DNA of 64,000 bases from Perna viridis (lineage: Eukaryota). Under the pieces are notes generated by a model. The model saw nothing but the letters and a program-made list of their open reading frames with translations, did not search any database and had not been told where the DNA came from. Numbering within the stretch: position 1 is the stretch's first letter; each line of letters begins with the position of its first letter. The DNA lies in NCBI GenBank assembly GCA_037379345.1, contig CM074513.1, positions 1,116,001 to 1,180,000 on the forward strand. Direction: 5' to 3'. Positions 14,201 through 26,200 of the stretch are shown here, piece after piece. The position numbers and the translations under genes were made by a program.

Positions 14201-17200
14201 TTTGTGTTAAAGTGTTGTTTCTTACTTCTGTCAATAAATGTTTTTATATCTACAAGTGATTAAAGAATTTCTTACCAAAAAAAAACAAATTTTATATCTG
14301 TCAGGGATGATTTTCTTATATTCATCAGTGGATTTTGTATTTTGCAATCCTCTATTTTATCATACCATTCTATTTTTGTACTGTATATTTACTTCCAGTT
14401 TATTAATTTTGGCTTCCCTGCTTTTCTTTGTATTAGATCCTGGATTCATAATACATAACATTATTAAGATATTGCACAACAATTATTCAGTGTACCATTT
14501 CAACCTGAATATTATCTTTACATTTATTCAGAAAAAAGAATAGAAGAAGATGTAGGTGTATGTAGAGGTTATGTCATGACCTTTGACACTGAGGGAATAG
14601 ATAGAACTGTTAAATCATTGGTTGGTAGATGCCGGAGGGTGTGTCAGGTGGCTGAGAGAATTGTTGACTGTCATGATGATCCATTATATAGAAATGGGTT
14701 GTTGGTTTTCATCAAAGGTCTTCATAAAGGTCAGTGATGGCTGATATATGTAGGAGGTTTGAAACATGGTTCAAAGCCATTCTGTTGGAAATAATTATTT
14801 GACCTAGTAATACAGGGGCAAAGTAAAAATCTTGCATACTTCTGTTGGTGTAGGCATCCCCCATAGCAACAAGCAACTTCACAAAACGATTACAAATGTT
14901 TATGTCTTGAAAAATGCATACCCTTTTTTAAACTACTGTAAGGTTGCATTCATAAGTTTTTAAATAAAACTGGTGAATAAAATGTGTGTTTGTCAACAGT
15001 GTTTGAAAGTGTATATACATGTGTATATTTTATCAGAGGATATATGGTTTCAAATATTAACATGAGTTACAATAATAGTACTGTATAAGTAGTTATTTTG
15101 TTGTGATTTTCTTCAAAATCTGGGTAAGTTTTTTTTGCATAATGTAATTTTCACCATAGACAAACAGTTTAATGAATAAGATAAATATAAATAAGTCTAT
15201 TTTAACAGAATAAATATTTAGCATGATTTGATTTTCACATTCCAACTTTGACCCTGAATATATCAAAAATTTAATCTCTGGGAAAATAACCACTTAAACA
15301 GTAACTCCATGAATATCTGTGTTGTATACTAAATAAATGTGCATATTTTTTATGCTTCAAGTTTTTCTAAATGTGGTTTCTATTTTTTGCTGTTGGCTTT
15401 CATGTCTGTTTCAATGACAATCAATGGGGATTTGCCCATTTTAACTGAGTTATTATTCAATTACTAGTTTCCCTTATCTGTAAAAAAAACCAGAATAAAT
15501 TTGTCAGTGAATAGTAAAAACCAAAAAATGAAGTTAAAGAAAAAATAATTATTTGTTATATTTGAACATTTGTATTTTGTATATTGCAAGCTTTTTAGAG
15601 GTGTGTATTTCTTATTCTATGTTTGTCTAAAAATGTGGTACTATATTTTGATGTTTTATCTCTTATTCTCAGCTATAAATGGAACCCGAGCAGCATGTAA
15701 TCATGTGACTTCTGATGTAACCAGCAACACAGCTGTAGAAACCTTACTAAGAAGGCTGACCCAGATATTGGACAGTGTCAGGAAGGTCAAGGACGGACTG
15801 GTTCCTGAGAATCAGCCCAGTCTACTTAGTCCACAGAGGAAAAATCTTAGATTTGCTGGTAGGAAAAAACATTTGTAATAGTACTCATTTTTTACTTTGC
15901 ATTATGTAATTTTGGTGTCTTCCACATATTATAGTTAAAACCTTAAAGTAAAAAATCTAAGTTTTGTGGATGGCTGGTAATTGTCTTTATGGTTAAGTGT
16001 TGTAGATGTATTGTTATACACAGGCAAAATTGCAACATATATTTAGGACTAGTATGGTAAAAATATGTTATGGGCTTTTAAAATACATGAAATCATGTGT
16101 TTTCGAAAACCATATGAAAACTTTTCACTTTTTACAATTGAAATCCTATATAAACATATGAATACCGTATGATTTTTACTTGTTTTTCATTAATTAGTTT
16201 GTTAAGTCAGAAACATATGTTTTACATATGTACATGTAATTCATGGTGGTCCTAAACATACGAAAAACATGTGTTGGAATTTTTCCTGTGTATGCTGCTA
16301 TCTGTCAGGCTGTCAGTTAATCACTCTGCCCACATGTTATTTTGTATATTTAATGCTTTGAGTGAAATAATTGATTTATATTAGTAGAATGTTTGTCTTG
16401 TATGCAGGCACTATTTTTATTTTTCAAAGTTTTACTATGATTCTTTCCAAAATTATGGGACTTTATTATACACCTAAACAGGTGATAGGGAAATCATTAC
16501 TTAGTCGATTTATTGTTTGGAAATTTTTTTTCAGAAGCAGAAAAAAGAGTGAAATCCACTACGTCTTCCAAATTCAAGTTCTCATCAACCGGTGCTCTAA
16601 AATCCCTTCCAATTGACAATAGATTTCTACAGGAGGAGATGTGTAGTAGCGATGACCTTTTCACTCATACATCTGTTCCTACTCTACATAAAGGAGTCCA
16701 TAAACAACACATTTTATCTAATCCTGCACTCGAGAAAAGTCATAGTTCATTACAGAAAAGTTCAGAATCTTTGTGTTCCACTTCATCTGAGGAATCATAT
16801 CACCAATCTGCAGTAACTTTTCACAGATCTAATCAAGGTATTAGATGTAGAATCCTGCTGTTTTTACTTTTCTTTACAGTTTCTTCGTAATTTGTAGAAA
16901 TTTTCAGTGTGAATCAAATATTACAGATTGCGAGTCTGAATAGAAATCTTCATAGATAAACTATAGAGAATCATAGAGTTTAAGTTTAGATAATGTCAAA
17001 TTTACAGAATGCTGGAGTGTATGGCAAACAAATCTTTTCTTAAATAACATGTTGTTAAAAATCATTATGAATTCATTGCCAATTTCTGTGGTTTACTTTT
17101 CACTTTTAGATTTGACCTCTAGATATTATTTCAAGCAAAATTGAAATAAATTATGAAGAATTTGATAAAAAAAAATAATTTCACATTTGAATTAGAAGTT

Positions 17201-20200
17201 TGATTGGTTGGATTTTACATGTATGAAGCAATAGTAGAGTTGTTTTGCTCTTTGCCCCATTGATTGGTTGGGTTTTACATGTGTGAAGCAGTAGCAGAGT
17301 TGTTTTGCTCTTTGCCCCATTGATTGGTTGGGTTTTACATGTATGAAGCAATAGCAGAGTTGTTTTGCTCTTTGCCCCATTGATTGGTTGGGTTTTACAT
17401 GTATGAAGCAATAGCAGAGTTGTTTTGCTCTTTGCCCCATTGATTGGTTGGGTTTTACATGTATGAAGCAATAGCAGAGTTGTTTTGCTCTTTGCCCCAT
17501 TGATTGGTTGGGTTTTACATGTGTGAAGCAATAGTAGAATTGTTTTGCTCTTTGCCCCATTGATTGGTTGGGTTTTACATGTGTGAAGCAATAGCAGAGT
17601 TGTTTTGCTCTTTGCCCCATTGATTGGTTAGGTTTTACATGTGTGAAGCGATAGCAGAGTTGTTTTGCTCTTTGCCCCATTGATTGGTTAGGTTTTACAT
17701 TTGTGAAGCGATAGTAGAGTTGTTTTGCTCTTTGCCCCATTGATTGGTTGGGTTTTACATGTGTGAAGCAATTGTAGAGTTGTTTTGCTCTTTGCCCCAT
17801 TGATTGGTTGGGTTTTACATGTATGAAGCAATAGTAGAGTTGTTTTGCTCTTTGCCTCATTGATTGGTTGGGTTTTACATGTGTGAAGCAATAGTAGAGT
17901 TGTTTTGCTCTTTGCCCCATTGATTGGTTAGGTTTTACATGTGTGAAGCAATAGTAGAGTTGTTTTGCTCTTTGCCCCATTAATTGGTTGGATTTTACAT
18001 GTATGAAGCAATAGCAGAGTTGTTTTGCTCTTTGCTCCATTGATTGGTTGGGTTTTACATGTGTGAAGCAATAGTAGAGTTGTTTTGCTCTTTGCGCAAG
18101 TAATTGTTTTTTTTTATTCTCTACACACTATTATTAAGTGTCATATATATCATATAGATTCTGATAAGAGTATTTTTATGAGTATTGCATAAAAATTAGC
18201 AAAGGTTAATTTTTAGCTTTTTCAGAATGGTGGAAATTTCAGATTTGAAAGCATATGACTGAAAATATTAAAGGCATGATACTGAAATTAATGACTAAAC
18301 ACTCATCCTTATAACGATTTTTGTTAACTGTCTGATGGTGTTTTGACTTTGTTCTTCTCAATATCACTAACTACCATTACACTTTCAGTTGAAAAAACCA
18401 CTACCTCACTCATAACTCAGAGAATCAAGTCAGCAGTCAGCATGGGAGACAAGAAAAGCATTAAATCACTCAGTGGAGATATTCTGGGATGGAGTAATCA
18501 CATTGTTGACAGTGCAGAATGTTTGTTAGTCCACACAGAAAGTACAAAGAAAAGGTTTGTTAGTGTATGGGTAATTTTTGGAAGGTGATGGAAATAAAAG
18601 TTTAATCAATCAAATTCTAAGAGGAAGTAACTATATTGTGACTCATTGGATAATTACTATGTATATATAAGGTTTTTAAGATGCAAAACTTTCATTCTCC
18701 TATGATTGCTTTTTGTAAATTATTCTTTGTACTGATATGACCACAGATTTACTGATTATGACACTATAGTATGCAAATGCTGTCTAATCACCATCAGTGT
18801 ATTCATGCTGCAATGGAGGAGGGAGGTTTGGCATGCTGTAAAACCTAGATTTAACCAACCATTTCGTTTGAAATGCCTTTACCAAGTCAGGACCATTGCA
18901 GTACCAGCTACTCTGGTGATGTAATATCTATTTTGTCAGATTGATTTTGGACTTGACTTGATTATGGATCGGTTTAGTGTTTGGTAATTTTGTTGTTACC
19001 CTTATTTTGTGTAGTACACTGGTCAAAAAGTCAAATAAATTACTCATGATTTACCAAACCCAATATCCAGTATTGGCTCTCAGAACTAAGAGTGATACTC
19101 TCTCATTGTAAGTGTATGTCATATTTTTTTCTTGAAAGGAGCATCCACACTTTGTGCAGTGAAGTTGATGAGATACTGGCAGACATTACAGAGAAGATGA
19201 AATTTGTTGCAATGGGAGACTATGAGAATGTTAGAGAAATCATTAAACAAAGCCAGCAATGGGAAACAAAGGTTCTATTTCCATTCATGAGTTTTAAGGC
19301 TTAATTCACTTCTAAAATAAAATCGGTACAATTTACATCTTAAAACTGTATATTAAACCTTAAGGTTATGAAATATATATATATGCAATGCACTGAGGTT
19401 ACAGTTTTATGATTACTATGTTTTTATTACTTATTTGTTTTGAAATATCTCATAAAAAATTTACAACACTGTTCACTGCATCTACTAATCATAGCCTGTT
19501 GATATCTTAATTAGATAGCACCCATTGAATTGTCGATAGAAGTACAGTTTACTTTTAGGTAGAGAAGATCCGAGTATTTATTGATGTAACCGTAGATTCT
19601 TGGAAGGATATATCTGATTCCGTCTATCAGTCTTCTATAACCTCAGATCAGTCTCTCAAACAACAGGTTAGTCCAATGTATTATTTTTTCCATGTATTTC
19701 CTTTAATCTATGAGAATGGATTAATTCCCAGCTTTATTATACTTTTTATGTAAATGAGGATTTGAAATTTAAGAAGGTTTAAGGGTTAGGCACATCATAT
19801 GCTTTAGCATACTCTCCCCTGTTTGTCATTATTCTCTACAGTTTTTTAATTCTTGTTTAGGTGGATGACCTGAAACACCATACCACCATGGTATCTGAAT
19901 TGATGAGTTTGTCAGAAGACATGGATGATCAAGATATTGGTGAAATTAGATGTCATAGATTACAGGAAAATAGTAATGAACTTGATAACCTAACAGTTAC
20001 CATAGTAACGACCTCAGGTGTACTCACATCTGCTTGTAAGTTCATATTTAATTTAGTTTTGACTGTTGATCATGAAGTGTTTAATTTTTCAGTTCAATAA
20101 CATTTGATTAGTTTGTTTATTTACAGTCTATTTTTCAGGAAAGAAATGCAGGGGGCAATGTAACGTGTTCAACAATGTCAAATCTTTCACAATCTAAGAT

Positions 20201-23200
20201 ATTTTAGGAAGCACTGAAACAAGGTCACATGAATAAGAAAAAGTATCACTTAAAATTAATAAAAATGTATTATAACTAAGTTATTGTGATTTTTTGTGAT
20301 TCTCTCTGTGTAAGTAAAGACTGTCTGATATTTCCATTCTGTTAAACAGTAAATTGTTAACAAAATAACTTGTTGAGAACTGTGATCTTAAAATTTCCTA
20401 CTTATCAAAATAACTATATTAAGATATATTATTCTGTATATTTCAGCATCACATCAGGACAAGAACCAATTGGAACAACTTTGTAGAGAATGGGCTGTTA
20501 GAATATTCTGTGTGGTTAGTGACCTTGAGGATTTAACCTCTGACCTTTACACTAAAGGTCATGACAGGAACTTATGGCCAAGTAATAACATTCCATTGAA
20601 AGATGGGCAGCTATTAGAACATATCCAGTCACAGAATAGTCAGAACAGAGAACTGTTACACAGTGCTTGTCTAGGGTAATCAGGATTTTTATTTTATTTC
20701 CCCACAAAGTTTGGGGTATATACAGATATCCCTACCTGTCTGTCTGTCCACATAAAGCATAAAAACAACTTGTCCTTAAATATACAATGAATTTTGTTTA
20801 TATTTTATAAGAATGTACATGTGTACAAAGAGATAATAATTGTCAGATGTCTTAAAGGGTAGATAATCCAACATTTTACATGTTGAAAAATTGTTGATGC
20901 AATGCCTCCAACTGTTTGATGAATTTTGATGTTGAAAATATCCTTGAATAGTTTATAATATAATTGTAGAGTTTACATTTAAAGGAAAACTTATTCTGAA
21001 ATTATTTATATTTTTAAAAAAATCAATGTAATAAATTGAAAATCATGCGAAGTGAAATCTACCTAACAAAACACTGAGTAAATGTCAATTCAGCCTACCA
21101 ACTGGAAAAAATATCATATAATTCAAATAATGTTAAAGGTGTAAATGTTACTTTTTAGAAATGATGAAACATCAGAATTAGCAACAAGACTATGTAGAGA
21201 TTTAGAAGGATTGTACGATAGCATTAAACAGGCCTCCTCCAGAAAGAAATTGGAGTATCATAAAATGATATTGACATACATCTGTTGTAGACTTGGTCTT
21301 TTAAATGGACAGTGGATACTTAAAGTAAGGCCATCATTCAAAGTTCAAAATCATAGTTAATAATTATTTTGGAACATATTACTAATTTGTAATATTTTTA
21401 TCTTTTTGGTGGTTGGAACTCACTCACATTGATACGTCTCCTAAATTGTTCCCAATTTGAAGAACTTGATGTACTGAACACAAGTTTATAGTCCACATGT
21501 TACATACATAAGGCTAAATATCTAGTAACTATAATATTAAAATACCAACCAGCATATGTTCTCCTCATGGAATATAAATAGAACCATCTAAAATTTGTTG
21601 CATTTTCTGTCAATTTCTGAGTGGCAAGTTAATTGGTGCATTGCCACACCTGAGAATCATATGAAGTAGAACAAATGATAATCATATGAATCAAACATGA
21701 TTAATATTGTTTGAATTTACGTATGATAATCACATGATTGTCTTTTTCATAAACATATTGATAATTATATTTTAGCAAGTTAATATGACTTAAGGCTTGG
21801 AGGGATGGAGCTATTGGTTATCAACTTACATTTAGCCTTATTTACAATACACCATTATGTTGTTGTATTTATCAACAGGAATTTATGAGATTTCCGAATA
21901 CATGATGTGCATCTACATTTAAAGTTCAAACAATTAAATTTATCACTTCCCACAGAAAGATTTTGAGCCATACATGTTTTGACAGACAAACTACATTCAT
22001 GTATATAGGACGTTCCTGATGCTCTGTCCCTAGTAATAACATATAAAAAATTTTGATATTGTTATGTGATTATCATATGTAAATAATCCTATGATATGAT
22101 TATCATATGTAAATAATCCTGTGATATGATTATCATATGTAAATAATCCTGTGATATGATTATCATAATTGTCACTTATGGCTCTGTAGATTCTTCTCAT
22201 GAAATTCAATCTTATTATTTTTTAGAGTATAAGATGTATAGATCTGGTACAGGAACAAATCTTAATGTATACAGTCCTGCTCAATAAACTCTCTGACAGT
22301 GCTATGGAAGTTAGAACTGCTAAATCTGGTAAGAAAATTACACACACTTTTAACATTTGCCTCGAAATGTTTAACTACTACTGTTGTTTGTCAGTCATGT
22401 GTTTGTGAACAGTTTATAATTTACTTCCTTCTATAGAATTTGAACTCGCTTGATCCTAATTGATATCTTACCCTATTGATTTTCTAGGTCATTTATCAAA
22501 GGTAATTTTTTCACCATATTTTGTTGCCCTATTTAATTGTGATTTTTGTTGTTTTTTTTTTTTAAGTTTTAAGGGTATTGAGATATTCCAGAGACAAATA
22601 ATAAAACAATGACTTTCAAGTGCTGAGACAGTATTGGTAATTGCAAAAAAAGTAAAAAATGGGTCTACGTTTTGCCACGTTTATACAATTTTTGCAGAAA
22701 TTTTGTATTTTCTTCATTCAATTTTAGTCATTCATTTTGTCTGTAGACAACTACTACATGTATATTAGCCATATTTTATCATCTGTAAAGTTTGTCAGGG
22801 CACTGTAAAAGAAATGCTAAAAATAGAAATACTAGCTACATTCAATTTCCAAGATAACTCTAATCAAAGAACTTTGGTTTCATGACCTCTTGAGAAATTC
22901 ACGTTTTGTAGTGCTAAGGCCAGATATCAAGTTTTACACTCTAAGGCCAGATATCAAGTTTTACACTCTAAGGTCAGATATCAAGTTTTACACTCTAAGG
23001 CCAGATATCAAGTTTTACACTTACACTCTAAGGTCAGATATCAAGTTTTACACTCTAAGGCCAGATATCAAGTTTTACACTCTAAGGTCAAATATCAAGT
23101 TTTACACTCTAAGGTCAGATATCAAGTTTTACACTCTAAGGCCAGATATCAAGTTTTACACTCTAAGGCCAGATATCAAGTTTTACTATGTAATGTATTT

Positions 23201-26200
23201 TATTAATATTTTATTCAGTTTTTTACATCAGGACAATTAAACACGCAGTAACTACATTTTTTACCATGGAAACTTAATTAATTAGTTTTCTGTTTTATGT
23301 ACAGAATCTGACAGACAGATGTGTATGTCTGAGTTCCAGCTCTCCCTGAGTAAGTTCAGTGAGAGTCTGATGAGTCTGAGACAGAAGACGTTACAAGGTA
23401 TACAGCTGTCTACAGAGCTAGAGAAGAGATCTGCTGTTAGGAAATGTCTGGATGAACTTACTGGCCTTTCTCCTCAACTGATTGATGGTGTTAAAAAATT
23501 ACTTGGTAAGATTTACTGTAAAAGTTTTAAATTTCGTGGTTGCTAAACATCTATGATTCTGTGGTGAGTACATATTTCTTGGTATCAATTTAAAAAAAAA
23601 TGAAAAGCATTAAATAGTGTTTAAAATAAATTTTGGTTGTATTATTTTTCTGTCCATTGTGAAAATAGCAAAACTAATAACAGGGTACAAATTAATACAG
23701 TTACAGTAGTTACATGAAAAGGCTTGTCATAAAAGTGAGTGTAGTACTGAACTTAAAGTCAATATTTGATTGACTTGTACTTGTAGTACTGAACTTAAAG
23801 TCAATATTAGATTGACTTGTAGTACTGAACTTAAAGTCAATATTAGATTGACTTGTAGTACTGAACTTAAAGTCAGTATTTGATTGACTTGTAATACTGA
23901 ACTTAAAGTCAGTATTAGATTGACTTGTAGTACTGAACTTAAAGTCAGTATTAGATTGACTTGTAGTACTGAACTTAAAGTCAATATTTGATTGACTTGT
24001 AGTACTGAACTTAAAGTCAGTATTAGATTGACTTGTAGTACTGAACTTAAAGTCAGTATTTGATTGACTTGTAGTACTGAACTTAAAGTCAGTATTTGAT
24101 TGACTTGTGAGAAAGCACTGGAAATATGTCTGGGTTAGATCTGAATTCATTTTACATTTTGGAACATGTCACTTATGGTTCTTTCTTGTACTGCATAGTT
24201 AATTTTGCCTGACCAGAGATCAGATTCTCTAAACAACTTGCTGGTTATTTGAGATTAACCTTACTTATGTTTCATCCACAAAGAAACTCAACTGAGGATT
24301 GGAGTTGTTCATGACCAAACTCTATATTCTTGCTTGCTTAGCTTACATCTCTTCAGACCATCTCCTCATCTGATTTGTGTAGTCAAAATGTTAACCGGTA
24401 GAACTAGAAAATCTTGCTTATATATACATAAAATTGATTATTTTTTCCACAATCTGAAATCTATTGCATGTATTACATATATTTTTTGCTCTTAAAATAT
24501 GTTGGTTTTTTTTTAAATCAAAATCACTTGCCTTAATTATTTATAGAAAAAACAGATTTGAAGCCAACAATGGACGAATTCAACAAGCAGACGATATGTT
24601 GGGCTGTCAAAGTTAGACAACTCTTGGCTAGTATTCAACAAATGAAAGATTTAAAACCGGGATTCATCATTAGTATGTATATTCAGTATAACTTCACAAA
24701 TAAAATCAGGGAACCATAATACCTATACACTTTCAACCATCATTAATGGGTTAACTCTTACAGCTAGTAGAAATCTTCTAATTTTGGTATTGATGCATAT
24801 ATGTTAATGAGTCTTTTTTTCTGGAGATGACAATGTTATTTGTGGATCTCTTTATGAGGAAATACTGTTCCACCAGTTATCAGGTTGTTGTCATACAGAA
24901 ATCTTCCAGTTGTTGTCTTACCTGTCATTGATTCAACTTCATGGTGGCCCATTACGTTCTCTGTATCACTCATCTTTTATTTACAAGATAATCGTAAAAA
25001 ATGTTATCAAGTTGAGTTTGTTAACACTAATTTCACATGAAAAATTTTTGCACTCATAATTTTTTTGTTGAAAGTTGTGCTTGATTCAAGCTCAGGATTG
25101 ATTTTTCTAAAAGTAGGCATTTGAAAGAATTAATCTTGGTAATTGCATTTTCAATAGATTTACACAAAGCACTAGGTGTGAAGACCACAGACATACAGAC
25201 TCTATCAGACAATGTTGAGCCTACAGATGAACTTACAGATTCTGCTAGACCAGTTTCGAAGAAGACTGTACATGAAGAATTACTTCAAGTAACGAGGTAA
25301 TGAGATGGCTATTTCTCATTTGTTGAAAAATAAGGCATTAATCCGGTTTGCTAACTCAATTTAAATAATTTTATAAAGAGACAGTTAATTCAAATGATTT
25401 TTGAGGAATCTCATTTAACACATTTTGCTGTTAATCAACGAGTGATGGTATATTGGAATCACCTTGTCATTCAGTTCAAAGTTTGGTTGCAATTATCTAA
25501 GCTTCCAGTATACAGTTTTATTGAAGGAATATGAACTTGTTCAAAAAAATAGATCTGAATATTTCAGCTGTTGTTAAATTGAGATTTTTTTGTTATTGTT
25601 CCACTCCTCAAAAGTGCTGTAGTCAACCAAATTTGTTCGTATTTCGATCTGTATTGAATTCCTGTGTGAATTATTATAACTTTATTTCAGTGAAAAACAA
25701 AACACAGCAATTGGTCAGTTTCCAAGAATGGTGAGGAAAAAGAAGGCAACTGATTCTCCCTACAAACCTAGCACATCTGTATTGGTAGGTGTATTCCCTA
25801 ATTAAAAGATGTATGTTGTGTGTATGGGTTTGCTCATTAAATACACAAAATACATGTTAAAAGACCTGCTCTCAGTAGTATAATAAAATTCTCCTGCAAT
25901 ATTTGTCATTTCTCAGGAGTGTAAAAAAGAAAAAGTAAGCTCAAACTTCTATTATAACACACTCTGTTGATGTTCAGGTATACTTTAGTGTATGATGTTG
26001 CAGATCAAACAAAACTCATGATATGTAATTTGACATATTGAAACTTGAAATACTACATTCTTAGAAATAAGGTTGACTTTCACTTTATATTTTGACAAAT
26101 TTTAAAATATGCCTGTTGGTAAAGACGGGGGGAAATATTTTGGATTGTAAGGTCTGTAGATTTTTTTTTAAGTTTGCTGCAACAACATTTCATTGTGGTT

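Noticed and set aside
17181-18040. 282-aa, 136-aa and 67-aa repetitive ORFs
   Set aside because: Artefacts of the 60-bp array.
23360-23395. CTGATGA-GTC..GAC hammerhead-like core
   Set aside because: Lacks the following GAAA and lies in a coding exon.
9626-24107. Apparent bias of array unit lengths to multiples of 3 (45/48, 60, 30, 27, 36)
   Set aside because: The other arrays are 34, 38, 25, 25/19 and 46 bp; 5 of 10 is not a convincing excess over chance.
22890-24150. Repetitive ORFs (LRPDIKFYT)n and (TTSQSNTDFKFS)n
   Set aside because: Translations of the 27-bp and 36-bp minisatellites; the host exon chain closes in phase without them.
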